64,000 nt of DNA from IMG/VR virus record IMGVR_UViG_3300040786_000016; one strand, given 5' to 3'. Made by a program: the position numbers and the translations under genes. The notes under the pieces were generated by a model, which worked only from the letters and a program-made list of their open reading frames with translations, searched no databases and was not told where the DNA came from. The DNA comes from a virus. Positions 34,725-48,100 of this stretch are shown here, piece after piece; position 1 is the first letter of the stretch; every line of letters starts with the position of its first letter.

Positions 34725-35310
34725 ATGAAAAAATATTTTAATACTCGCTCTTTTATATCATTTATAACACTAGCGCAAGGACCTGAATTTGAGGTTTATA
34801 CTGGAATAACTATTCCTAATGTGGATAATGGAAATATTGGCCATATTATTGGACTAAATGTTACACCTAATTTATATCAGACTGATAAATATAATCCTAA
34901 TAAAAATCGTGAATACTTAAATAAATTATCTTTAGGTATTGAATATTCTGGTTATCAAACAAAGTCAAATACATTAGTGGTTGAAAAGGTGCAGTAGTAT
35001 CTACAACAATTGATTGTAATTGTGAATTAACAAACGTAGATGGTTTCAGCGGTACATATATCTCAAAGGAAGATGTTAGAGCGTTATCACTTAATTTTGG
35101 TATTGAAATTTATAAGGGTTGGTATGTTATGAGTGGTGTGTCTAGTTACATACATAGAGACATATTAAATAACGTAACGGTTAATAAATATCGCTCAACA
35201 TATATTGATGGTGGTATTAAAAATATGTTAAAATTGGGGCTATTTATTTGTCACCAATGTTTAAATTTAATCCAGAAGTAACAAGTTTTGGTGTTGGTTT
35301 TCATATTATA
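34725..35310 (+). CDS. Putative outer-membrane beta-barrel-like protein
   Basis: Signal-like start, alternating beta-strand pattern, C-terminal GVGF. Confidence 0.4.
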
Positions 35311-35369
35311 AAAGATAGTATTAGGTTATAATAAAAAATAATAGTATATTTGTAAAAAAAAATAAAATT

Positions 35370-35814
35370 ATGATTAGATATATAGATGGAGATTTATTAA
35401 AATGTCCAAAGATTTTGATGTAATTGCACATTGTTGTAACTGTTTTGTACTATGGGTGCTGGTATTGCACCACAAATAAAATCTAAATTCCCAGACGCAT
35501 ATATCGTCGATTGTCAAACAATAAGAGGTGATATTAATAAACTTGGGACTATTAGTTATACATTGAATACATCACCATTATTGTTAACTTATATGGTCAA
35601 TTTGATTATAGTGGTAGAACCCGTGGTGAAATTGATTTAAACTATGTTGCATTAAGGGAATCACTAAAAAAAAAAAAAAAGGTTTTCAGGTAAAACATTT
35701 GGTATGCCTAAAATTGGTGCTGGGTTAGCTGGTGGTGATTGGGAACTTATCGAAAGTATTATCGACGAAGAATTATCTGGTGAATCTGTTACGATAGTAA
35801 ATTATGTAATATAA
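35370..35814 (+). CDS. Macrodomain (ADP-ribose-binding/hydrolase) protein
   Basis: GDLL...IAHCCNC...MGAGIAPQIK...FGMPKIGAGLAGGDW. Confidence 0.9.
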
Positions 35815-36243
35815 TGGGTATAGTAAAATCAATACTTAAAAATCATTATGGTTTAAAAATTAGCAGAAATTGGGATAAAACCTATTGGGCTTTTGATATT
35901 CATGGTACAATACTTAAACCTAATTATACATATGGTAATATACCAGATGAATTCTATCCATTAGCTTTAGAGACTTTACAAATGATTAGTAAAATGTCAG
36001 ACGTTGTAATATTCTTATATACTTGTTCACATCCACATGAGATTGAGCAATATTTAAAATTATTTTCTGATAATAACATACATTTTAAGTATGTAAATGA
36101 AAACCCAGAAGTTGCTACAGATTTAAAGGTTATGGGTGTTACGATAAAAAACCTTATATGAATGTTTTATTTGAAGATAAAGCTGGGTTTGACCCAGAAA
36201 ATGATTGGAGTTTAGTATATAGTTTAATAAATGCAAATAAATA
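35814..36243 (+). CDS. HAD-like hydrolase
   Basis: AFDIHGTI motif I; FEDKAG. Confidence 0.6.
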
Positions 36244-36248
36244 GTTTT

Positions 36249-36530
36249 ATGAAAAAATTGACTTTAATATTATTGTTGTTATTATTTGTTAGCTGTGCTA
36301 ATAGAGTGGATTACCAAATAGACCAAACTCAACATATTTATGGGTTTTGGGGTGGTGTATGGCATGGTATGATTATGTTACCCGATTTTATAGGTAGTTT
36401 AATTTGGGATGATGTAGCTGTTTATGCAACAAATAATAATGGTACATGGTATGATTTTGGATTTGTGGGTGGCCTATCAATAATAATTAAATTTATTCGT
36501 ACTTTATTAAGGGGTAAAGATGTTAAATAA
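36249..36530 (+). CDS. Membrane lipoprotein
   Basis: LLLLFVSC lipobox; YGFWGGVWHG; WYDFGF. Confidence 0.65.
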   Translation: MKKLTLILLLLLFVSCANRVDYQIDQTQHIYGFWGGVWHGMIMLPDFIGSLIWDDVAVYATNNNGTWYDFGFVGGLSIIIKFIRTLLRGKDVK

Positions 36531-36560
36531 TTAGTACATTTGTACTGTAAAATATAACCT

Positions 36561-37281
36561 ATGAAAAGAAAATAGTAATATTCAGCGGTGCTGGTATAAG
36601 TAAAGAGTCTGGTGTCTTAACATTTAGGGACGTTAAAGATGGTTTATGGAATAACTATAAAATAGAAGATGTGGCAACTATAGAAGCTTGGAAAAAACCC
36701 AGAAATGGTTCTTAACTTTATAATGAGCGTAGACGACAATTACCTGATGTTAAACCTAATGGTGCTCATTGGGCAATTGTTGGTTAGAAGAAGATTTTGA
36801 TGTTACGATTATAACTCAAAATGTTGACGATTTACATGAAAGAGCTGGCTCTACAAATATATTACATTTACATGGTGAATTAACCAAAGCTAAAAGTTCA
36901 TACGGTACTGGTAATAGAAATTTTGATACTGTATGTGAACCAATTAATATTGGTTATGATGATATTTATATGGTGATATAGATGAAAAGTTTCATCAACA
37001 AATAAGACCAGACATTGTTTGGTTTGGTGAATATCCAAAATGTATTTCAAAAGCTTATGATGTTATACGTAAAGCTGATAATTTATTAATAGTTGGTACA
37101 AGTCTTCAAATTGGTTATACCTTAGACATGTTACAAAATGTAAAAACAACGTGTAAGATAGTCTATATTGACCCAGAGCCAGCTAACTATTTAGATAACT
37201 ATGGTTTAAATGTTAAATATATAAGAGAAAACGCTGTAAGTGGTGTAAACGCTTTTGTGAATAAATTACACGATGAAAATA
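36561..37281 (+). CDS. cobB: Sir2/CobB family NAD-dependent deacylase
   Basis: [50 protein letters not shown]. Confidence 0.92.
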
Positions 37282-37662
37282 ATGAAAAAAATAGATAAAG
37301 ATATGAGTTTAATTAAAATTACAATAACTGATAACCATTTAAAATTACTTAAGTATTTACGTTGGTCAGTTAATAAAGCTGGGTTTATAATAGGTACTGA
37401 AGATGAAGATGAGGACCAAGCACCGTTTGTTGAAAATAATCTATATGAAGCTATTAATCTGATATTAAATGGTATTCCAGAAAATTTTGACCCATTAAAT
37501 ACTGAAGACGAGGAAGAGTATTCAACAGAGCAGAAAGCAGAATGGGATAAATTATATAGTGAACTACCAAGATGTCTTTCAGTTATATTACAAACTCAGA
37601 AATTTGAAACTGGTGATTACAAATCAAAATTTAACGATATTATGTGGAAAAAAGTAAAATAA
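37281..37662 (+). CDS. Hypothetical acidic protein
   Basis: Intact ORF. Confidence 0.65.
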
Positions 37663-37922
37663 TAATTTAAAACCAAAATGTTATGTTTAAGATTAATGAA
37701 GTAGGATTAGTATTAATTTTCTTAGCTATATTGCTAATTATTATTATTATACAAGCCATAATGTTTGGTGTATTTTATTTACTATTATTTTAAAATATAT
37801 GATAATTTCTGGGGTAATTCTCGGTGTTATATATTTTTAATGAAAATAAATAAAAAATAATTTACTTTATTAAATAAATTTGCTTTATCTTTGTTAATAA
37901 ATTAAAACAATTAAAACAATTA

Positions 37923-38885
37923 ATGTTATGTTAGAATCAGTAATTATTTCAATAGATGGTAGAGTAGATTTAGTTGATAATATATTAGAATTTTACGTGG
38001 TAGAGATAATACCACTATTGACTATGTTAATTCTCAAAAGTTTTCAGATGGTGAGTTATGTGTAGATTTTAAAACTCAATAAGAGGTAAAAGAGTTTATA
38101 TTTTAACTAGTCCAAATACTTCAGATGAGATTATGAAATTAAATTTAGCCATTGATGCTGCTAAACGTGCAGCAGCTAAAGAGATAATTCCATTTTACCA
38201 TATTTCCCATATGCTCGTCAAGATAAAAGACCAGTCTCGGCCTATTGGTAAAGTTATTGTTGAAATGATTGAAAATCGTGGTGCAACAGGTGTTATCACT
38301 TATGATTTACATGCTGACCAAATACAAGGCTTTTAATATTCCAGTAACACATTTAGAGGGTAAAATGTATTTGATACATATATAGCGTCGATATATGATG
38401 CCGATACAATACTTTGTGGTCCAGACGCTGGTTCTGGGAAGCGAGTTAAACGTATGAAAGAACAACTATCAAAAATATCATAACATAGGTATTAATTATG
38501 TGATGTTAGATAAAACACGTAAAGAAGCTAATGTTATCGATGAAATGATAATAATTGGTGATGTATTTGGTAAAAATATTATAATACTTGATGATATGAT
38601 TGATACTGCTGGTACGTTATGTAAAGCGGCTGATGTATTAATTGAAGCTGGTGCTAAAAGTGTTAGAGCAATTATTAGCCATGGTGTTTTATCAGGTCCA
38701 GCATATCAAAAGAATAGCTAAATCTAGTTTAACTGAATTGGTTATTAGTGATTCATTAACATCAAAAGGTGGTTATAAAATAAGCACAATCAGTGTAGCT
38801 GACCAAATAGGTTTAGGTATTATGGCAATTAATAGTAAATCAAGTTATGAGTACTTGAAAAAGAAAGATTTTAAGATGAGTAAAA
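37923..38885 (+). CDS. prs: Ribose-phosphate pyrophosphokinase (Prs-like)
   Basis: FSDGE, PYARQD, DLHADQIQGF, PDAG, IILDDMIDTAGT, HGVLSG motifs. Confidence 0.92.
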
Positions 38886-39864
38886 AGAACTTTGGGAAAA
38901 TATTATAGATATTTCTTTAATTTTAGGTGCGATATTTTATGTTTAATGGATAAAGATGGTTGGGGTTGGTTATTATTAATTTATGTTTTAAAAAAATTTA
39001 TAATGGAGTTTACTTTAAATTTTAACGAGATGGAATGTAAACGCTTTTAATTAAAGAAGGTTATACAATTGAAAGATATCATGGGATAGTTGAAGATGAT
39101 TTATTTCATACATTAGAAGGTTTTACTATTATACTAGCATATAAAGAAAGAAAAGATTGGTCAAATATTGATAAATATTTCTGACCAATATCAGTTAAAT
39201 AATGTTTTAAAAAGTTTTTAATGAAAAATAAAAAACGTACTATTATCATGGTAAGTAAATAACAAAAAATATAAAGTATGACAACAGATAAAGAATTAGC
39301 AAATAAAGTACTAGGCATTTATTTTCGTATGAATTATAATATTTATGGTTCAAAAAATTCACCAGAAGATTTAGCTTTATTAAAATAATACGTTTAAAGT
39401 AATTGTAACTGATAAAAGTAAAAAAAATGGATATGTAAATGATTCAGACAAAGTAGCGAAAAAATTAGAATTGTATAAACCATATGAATTAGAAATTATG
39501 TATGTTGGGCAGTCATCTAGTACTATAAAGTTAGTTGATTTCCATATGAATCTTTTAATTCTGTTAATTTTGAATTTTACCGTTGGAAGAATTAAAGATT
39601 AACACTACTGATATTTTGAGTTAACTATAATCCAGAAAGAATTAAGAGATAAACATCAAATATATGTTGAGGTTAATACTGATTGTACAACAGCCCCTAA
39701 ATTTTGTTATCGCATAACACAATTTATTGGTAACCTGATTTAACTGAAAAGAATGGTATTGGGGCACACTTGATAATCAGATAAATGGTTCTTATACAGA
39801 AAATATGAGGATGCATTAAAAGATGGTTTACAAGAAGCTTCATTATTAATTTTAAAATAATATT

Positions 39865-40480
39865 ATGGAAAAAGGTTATAAAATAATTAGGAACGCTATC
39901 GATAAATTCTATCTAGGTGGGATATCAAGAGATTTAGAAGCGGTTGCATTAACTTGTAACCCTGAAGATGTTTTAGAACTGAAAATGGTGATATAAAACA
40001 GATTCAAAATTTACAAAATGAATGGATGTTTAGTGCTATTGCTAAATGTATTCAAAGAGATTTAGGTTATAAGGGTACTGTAATTAATATGCAATATTTT
40101 GTTAAGCACCCTAATTATAAGATAACTGCTCCACATCAAGATGGTGCTTATTTTGAGGATAACGATTCAGATATTTTAACGTTTTGGATACCATTACATA
40201 GTGTTAGTTCTGAAACATCGACAATGTTTTATCATGATTGGGATGGTAAGCGAGAAATTGTCGAACATAAAGATTGTGGTAAAAATAATAGGACTAGAAC
40301 TGGTAAAACTGGTGTGTCACAATATACTGATATTCACCCATTAGAAGATTTTACACCAGTTGATTTAATGGTGATTGTGTAGTACATAACCAATTTTCAG
40401 TTCACTATTCAAATGAAAACCTAACTGATAACCCAAGAATAGCGATAACTTGTATAATAAAATTAGATAAAAAAATATAA
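39865..40480 (+). CDS. 2OG-Fe(II) dioxygenase (PhyH-like); start uncertain
   Basis: QYFVKHP...TAPHQDGAYF...TFWIPL; downstream VVHN. Confidence 0.75.
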
Positions 40481-40484
40481 TAAT

Positions 40485-41280
40485 ATGGGAAAAGATACAA
40501 GTTTTTCAGGTAGAATGAAAGAATATGAAAACTGTTATAGTTTTAAAGTACCTAATAGGTCATACGTAATAGTAAGACTTGATGGTGTTAGGTTTAGTAA
40601 ATACACCAAAATTTTGGAAAACCATTTGATGATTTATTGTCAAATGTTATGGATGCCACTACAATTGAATTATGTAAACAATTCAACCCTAAAATGGCTT
40701 ATACTCAATCAGATGAAATTAGTCTTATTTTTACGAATAGATAATATTAATTTGATTTGATTTATGATGGTAAAATACAAAAAATTGCAAGTATAACTGC
40801 TGGTAAAGCAACTTCAACATTTAATAGTCTTATGTTAAGAATGCTTTCAACGCTTAAATATTCACAAGAAGAAATAGCTGATAAAATAGCTAATGATAAT
40901 TTTCCAGAAATAAATGCTTTTTTTTGATTCTAGGGTCTTTATTATACCAGATATAACAGAGGTATATAATTATTTTACATGGAGACAACAAGATTGTACA
41001 CGTAACAGTATATAGTATGGCAGCCTCGGCTTATTTTTCACACAAAGAATTGGATAACATGTCTAGTGATAAAAAACAAGAAATGTTATTTAGTAAAAAA
41101 AGGTGTTAATTGGAATGATTATAAAATTAAATATAAAAGAGGTCTAGTAGTTAAAAGACATGTAATTACTCAAATGTCACCATTAAACGAAGAAATTACA
41201 CGTAGTAAATGGATACCCGATTATATAACACCTATTTTTCACAAGATAAGGAATACTTACAAAATTAATCCCAACTAGTA
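40485..41280 (+). CDS. thg1: tRNA(His) guanylyltransferase Thg1-like protein
   Basis: RMKEYE...VIVRLDG..F, YTQSDEISL, FDSRV, YFTWRQQDCTRNSI. Confidence 0.9.
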
Positions 41281-41357
41281 AATAGTTGGGTATAATACTG
41301 TTAAATATATTATTTAGTAGTATGTTTGTCAAAATAACGTAAATTAACATAAAATTA

Positions 41358-42935
41358 ATGAAATTTAAAGATTTAACTGAAGCGCAAATAGAATACGCAA
41401 AAGTGTTTATCAAAATAAAGAATTATCTTGGGACGATAGAATGAATCTATTAGTTAAATTCTTTGGTAAATCAGAAAGAACAGCAAGAAAATGGTGTGCT
41501 GTAAAATTAGGTTTTAAGGAAAAGATTGATGTTGAGCCTGAACAATATATTAAGGCTAAAACTAAATCACATGATACTAAAACTAAACGTTTTATAATTA
41601 CTTGGGCACAAAACAATACACCAGTACATAAAGGTTTTTTCATAATATCCAAAAATATGCTAGTTTTATTCATGCTGATATTCATGTAATTGCTGGTCGA
41701 TATAAAACCCTACGAGTATTTGGACTGCTGGTCAGAAAAGTGAGGAATATTGGGCTCAAGAGTTGTTACCTTTTTTAGATGCCAATAGACATGATATACA
41801 TAAATATGTATCTATATTATCTGATATCAAGATTCAACCAACAGCTGTTAACCCTATGACAGGTATGCAAGCGTTAAGTGGTATTAATTCATGCGTTTTC
41901 GGGGCACCTAAGGTACAGATGGAAATGATTCCTGTACTAGATGGTCAGAAACCAAAATTATGCTTACAACGGGCGCTATAACTAAAAAAAACTATACTGA
42001 TTCTAAATCTGGTAAAGTTGGTGATTTTCATCATACATTTGGTTTTGTGATTGTTGAGATTAAAGATGATAATTTTTTTATTAGACAAGTAACTGCTGAT
42101 GATAAAACTGGTAATTTTAATGATTTATATTATAATGTTAAAGATGGTAATATAAATAAAATAGATACTATTTCAGCTATTGTTTTAGGTGATGTTCACT
42201 ATGGTCATCATGACCAAGTAGTGTTAGATTCTACGATGAAATTAATGAGTAAATTAACACCAGAACATGTTATTTTACATGATGTATTTGATGGTAATTC
42301 TATTAGTCATCATGAAATGAAAGACCCATTTGTTCAATATGGTAAAGAGATTTCTGGTACAAATGATTTAGGTAAAGAGATTGGGATAATGTTGAGTGGA
42401 CTAAATGCCTTTACAAAATTTAAGAATGTTGTAATCGTTAGAAGTAATCACGATGATTTTTAGATAGATGGTTGAAAAATGAAGATTGGAAAAAACAACC
42501 AACATATAAAAACTCAAGACTTTATATGAAATATTCTGATATTTTATTAGAACAATATGGTAAAACCCTCACATCGTTAAAGGTGTTATACCTACGTTGA
42601 TTAATGATGTTTACCCAAACTATATAACATTAGGTAGAAGTTCTTCTTATCAAGTTAAAGGTTGGGAGTTGGGTCAGCATGGTGATGTTGGTGCAAATGG
42701 TAGTAGAGGTTCATTACTACAATTCAGAAAATTGAATACCAAAATAATTGTTGGGCATTATCATAGTCCTGGTAGAAAGATGGAGCGTTAGCTGTAGGTA
42801 CATCTACAACTATGCGTGTGGGTTATAATATTGGTCCAAGTTCTTGGTTACAGGCACATGTAATAATACATAATGACGCTAGAGCTCAACATATCAATTT
42901 TATTGATGGTGAGTACACAACTTTTAAAATTAATA
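41358..42935 (+). CDS. T5 A1-like metallophosphoesterase-fold protein
   Basis: RFIITWAQNNTPVHKGF, IQPTAVNP, TTGAITKKNY...HHTFGFVIVEI, LGDVH, LHDVFD, SNHDDF, GHYHS. Confidence 0.75.
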
Positions 42936-42965
42936 GTATGTAAAATCTTCTTAATGTAGTATTTT

Positions 42966-43008
42966 GAATCCCAGTAGCTCTGATTATCTTAGTTATTGGG
43001 ATTCTTTT
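42966..43008 (+). terminator. Intrinsic terminator upstream of the cas operon
   Basis: GAATCCCAG/TTGGGATTC stem plus TTTT. Confidence 0.75.
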
Positions 43009-43155
43009 ATTATATAAATTTAAAGTTTTTTCTTTAATAGTAAATAATTAATGAAATGTTTGCGGGGTTAAAATATAGTTAGTATATTTGCAGTGTTAAA
43101 ATAAAAAACTATAAACTTCATAAATGGAGAATTTACAACATTTTAAAATAAACAA

Positions 43156-45368
43156 ATGAAATTATTAGCAAAAGTAATGGTTTAGAGTTAAAAGTACATT
43201 CACAAATTGTATCAAAGACCTCATTATTATTATTAAATAATATTAGTTCTAAAGAAATCGCTGATAGATATAGTAAAACTATAAGTTATTCAGCCTTGTT
43301 ACACGATATTGGTAAATTAACTGTTAATTTCAAAAATTCTTAATGGTAAATTAAAAAACCAAATCTAAAGTTTAGACATAATGAAATTGGTTGGGCGTTT
43401 TATCTAAATATTTATCTGATGATTTTGAACATAAAACAATAATTACAAACAGTGTTCACTGGCATCATGGTATATCAAATAGAGTTGAGGGACATACTGA
43501 TACTGAAATATTAGATTCTTTAGATAATGAATCAATTAATAATATGTTAGAATATTTGGTTGAATGTGTTAGTGTTGATAATTTAAATGAAAATGTAGAA
43601 TATTCAGATGCTGTATTCACTCCATTATTTAATATACTAGATAATAATTTACCACATTTAACATTTTGTAGGTCAATATTAATAACTTCTGATAGGATTT
43701 CATCTAGTATAAATGATTTATCAGAAGTTTCAGTTAAACTTATTGATGATTATTTAAATGTACAAAATAAAACAATAATAACTAAATGTAAATATGATAA
43801 TACGCCTAGATATCTTGAACAACAGGAAATAGTTAAAGCATGTAAACAAACAACAATAGTTAAAGCTCCAGCTGGTTTTGGTAAAACTATTATTGGGTTA
43901 TTATGGGGTTTAAGAAATAATAAAAAATTAATTTGTAACACCTAGAAATTTAATAGCTGAATCAGCGTACAATTCAATCTTAGATGAGTTAAAGTTTGTA
44001 TATAAATCCTTCGGTTCAATTAATAATTGGTAGTCGAATAGAAAAACAAATTCAAATTCAAATAAAATGTTTGATGCTGATATTATCGTTACAAACATTG
44101 ATAACTTCAGTTCTCCAACATTTAAAAATGATGTAATGGATTCTTCAAGTTTAGTTTTGGTTGTAATGTAGTTTTGATGAATATCATGAGTTAGATACAA
44201 AATCAGGTTTGATGTCAGTTTTATTAACATAATGAAAGTCCGAAATACTTTAACAATGGTTGAAACTTTATTATTATCAGCTACACCAATAAATTGTGAA
44301 TTTTTATGGGAATCGATAACAAAAAAACAACTATTTTACCAAATAATGAGACTCATTATAGAGGGTTCATAATAAAAAATATTTAATTAACATTTTAAGT
44401 GAAGGCCAAACATAAAGGAAATACTAACACACTTGTTGTTAAAAAATACTATTAGTTCAGCTCAAGAGGAAAAACAAAATGGTGAATATTCGATGTTACT
44501 ACACAATGAATATTTAAAAGAAAAGAAAGAAAAGATTTTGATAGTTTAATATTAAATTATGGTAAAACCTCAACTAATTCTAATAATAAACCAAATATTG
44601 TTGGTACATACATATTGCAAAGCTTCTTTAGATATTAGTTTTAATGATTTGTATGAAGATATTTTATCACCACAATCAACATTACAAAGAATTGGTAGGT
44701 GTGATAGGTTTGGTAATTGTATTGGTGAATCAGTAATTAATATTATTAAAGAATCGCCCAAGGTGAAACCAATAAAGGTTATCTAATGTCTCAAGCAATG
44801 ATTAAAAATATTTTATATAATAGAAATCTATCAGATGCTTGGTTTGATTATTTATTACCTTATGATAAAAAACATTTAACATTAGATGAACTATATATTA
44901 TTTATAATTCATTTAATATAAAATATAAAACAGAGATTAGAAAACATATTAATAACAATCACAGTGAGAGTAAAAAAATGTTAAAATTAATCTACCCAGT
45001 TAAATTTACTAGTAAAAAAGAAAAGTGGTATATTAACTGCTGGTCAAAATAAATTGAGAACTAACAATAGTGAAATATTTTACACAGTTCAACATAAAAT
45101 GGTAATTGGGTTGGTACTTTTAGTAAACAAATTATTAGAAGTTTTGATGAAGAATTTAATGAAAAGGGTAATATTATCAATAATATGTTTAAAACGATGA
45201 CTAAAATTAGAGATTCTAATAATAGTGATTTTGAATATAATGATATTCTTGATGACCAAAAATATATAACTATTGATAAAATAAGAAAACTAGGTAAAAA
45301 TCTAACACACCGTATATTGTTTATGATAGATATTACGATGATGTTTTAGGTATTGTTAAAATTAAATA
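43156..45368 (+). CDS. cas3: Cas3 (HD nuclease fused to SF2 helicase), split by indels
   Basis: ALLHDIGK, RHNEIG, HWHHG; APAGFGKT, FDEYHE, SATP, QRIGRCDR. Confidence 0.9.
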
Positions 45369-45388
45369 AACTAATAAAAAAAAAAAAG

Positions 45389-46426
45389 ATGAAAATTAAA
45401 CATGTAAATTTTAAGGTTGAAATTAAAGGTAATGGAATTGTAAATTTTGATTCTGGTCAGCAAAATTTTGTGGAACAGAGAAAGTCAAAATGGTAATAAA
45501 ACAAATTCACTTCGGCAAATGATAATAATAATTACTCAAAACACTATAATAGAAATGAAAATGGTGCTTTAGATTATAAAATTAAAATATCGTCAGATGC
45601 GTTAAGAAATGCTATTTTCACTGGTGATGCTATTGCGACTAATCCGAATATTTCGCAACACAAAGTATTGTTAAATTCGTTTATTGGTAGTACAATGGGG
45701 TTAGTTAGAGGTTATATGTTTGCTAATAAAACAGAGACAATTAAAGAAAAAGCCCATTAACTATAACTTCGGCTATACAAACAAATAACACTGAATCTTT
45801 ATGGAATTTCATTCAAGAAGTGGTGGTAAAAGTTCATGATGACTCTGATAAATCAGATACAACAATTTTCAATAAAGAAACTATCGGTGAAATCACATAT
45901 GATGTTGAAGGTGCGTTTAATTTACAATCAATGGAGTTTTAAGTTCTGACCCTATTTTTGATAGATATTCATTCAATTCAGATGATTACTCAATTCTAAA
46001 AGTTTTTTAAGTAATACATTACAAATTTTGATTCTGAATTGGCTTATTATTCACTTAAAACATCTTGTATTGATATTGCGGAATATGGTATAAAATTTAC
46101 CTCAGAACAAATTTTGTTCCTAATTAAAGAGACGCTGAAAAGAATGTTAAAACTTAGGATAGATAGAGCTGGTGCTTATGCTAAATTAAGTAAATTAAGT
46201 ATTGAACTTGTTTTAGACCCAATTGAAAAAAGAATATTTTTATTGATATAAATTCATTTGAAGATATTGATAATTTATCTTTGATATCGAAGAAAGTTAT
46301 GTTTTAGCGGACGAATTAAAAGCTAGGAACAAAGAACGAGTATTGAAAACTCAATCAAAGAAGAGATTAAAAAACTTCTGATAAAAAAACAAGTGTTAAA
46401 AAACAAAAGATGAACAATCTAAATAA
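45389..46426 (+). CDS. cas7: Cas7-like backbone protein
   Basis: Position after cas3; KGNGIVNFD, ISSDALRNAIF, GLVRGYMFA, KSPLTITSA resemble Cas7 RAMP motifs. Confidence 0.65.
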
Positions 46427-46432
46427 TTAGAT

Positions 46433-47296
46433 ATGAGCAATAAATTCATAAAGTTTAGCATTAAAACGCTAAACTTTTCCCAAAAAATGAGAAAACTAAA
46501 GATTTTGTTAGAGTTATTGGGGTTAATAAAGATAAATTAATCTTTAATAGAGAAAGTAGAGCCAATATTAAAAATTCATCTTTTAAAGAAACTATCACAG
46601 TACATCAAATTTCAAATGTATTACATGTTTTAATAGGTGAAAGACCAGTTCCAAGTTTCAGAAAACTTTTATGAACGAAATAACTCTATTTTTGAGTTAG
46701 CTAATAATACCTATTTAAGAATTGATTCACCTAAAATAACTATAGTAAGAAAAGGTGAAATAGTTGAAACATATATCCCAGAGTTCATTAAATTAAACAA
46801 ATCGGCAAATGATTCGTGGAAAAAAGACCAATCGATACAATGGTTTAAAATAAAGAAATACATGGAGTCAAGTTTTGATGATTTCATTTCTTTAATTAAT
46901 ATAAAATTAGAGTATGATGTTCTTTCAGAGCCTTTTGAAAACTTATTAAATTGTTATGATAAATTTGGGGTAAAATTAGACGATGTAATTAAATTTTATT
47001 AGATAAAAAAAGACACCAATCGTTAATTTTTTACTAAAGAGATAGTTGATAGGTCGAAATCACTAAAAATAAAGCATTATCTGAAACAATAGTTTCAGGT
47101 ATAGATAACATAACAATCATTAATGGTGAGTTTTTAGTACCTTATGACCAATCATATGTTGATAGGTTAATGAAAAACTCAGCAAATATTTTAGATGGTG
47201 GGTTTGTTAAAATTGAAGGTGTTTTTTAATGAAGATGAATTAGGTGATATTGATGGATTTATTAAAATGTCTGATATTTCAGATGAAAAATATTAA
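46433..47296 (+). CDS. cas5: Cas5-like protein (divergent, ~285 aa)
   Basis: Lies between cas7 and cas6; N-terminal ITVHQISNVLHVLIGERP recalls the Cas5 helix; assignment is by position and motif shape. Confidence 0.45.
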
Positions 47297-47307
47297 ATAA
47301 AAAAAAA

Positions 47308-47992
47308 ATGAGAATTAAAATATTATTATCAGCAACAACGGAAGAACTACCAATAAACCACCAACACATTGTTAACTCATTTATACACCGAGTTTTAGGT
47401 AAAAATAAGTATCATGATGCTAAGAATGAATATTCAATTTCTTCTTTGCAAGGTGGTAAATTGATTGGTGGAACTAAAATATTAGTTTTTTACATGGTGG
47501 ATATATTACGATATCTAGTTTAAATGAAGGGTTTATTAATAATATTCTTTGAAATTATACATGACTAGTTTTATTGTGATATAAAGGTTATTGGGGTTGA
47601 ATTTATTGATGAGGATTTTTATAATGGTTGGAACCATTTTGTTACTTTATCACCATTTGTAATTAAAAATATGAATCAAAAAAATATATGGTTTCCATAC
47701 ATTAGAAGATGAAGGATTTGAAGAAGTAGTTAAAACCATCTTATTTCTAAAATATCTAAGATTAACTGAAATTAGATTTATCTGATTTGAGGTTTCTATA
47801 CCTAAACACGTTAATCATAAAATAAGTCGTGTAATAGTTAAAATGTTTTAAATATTTCAAATTCTTTACATATTAGTATTAAAACTAATAAAAAAAGTTG
47901 CTGAATTAATATATAATATTGGTTTAGGTCAATCAACTGGTTGTGGTTTTGGAACAATATATAAAACAGAAAACAAATCTATTTATCGTTAA
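47308..47992 (+). CDS. cas6: Cas6 crRNA endonuclease
   Basis: YSISSLQGG, FVTLSP and the C-terminal GLGQSTGCGFG loop. Confidence 0.9.
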
Positions 47993-48100
47993 TAGGATTT
48001 AAAAAAATGGGTAAAGTTATAGTTAATAAGGACAAAATAGTCATTTTTATTTGATAAAATAGGTATTTTATCAATGAATTCAGCACATTACAAAGGGTAG

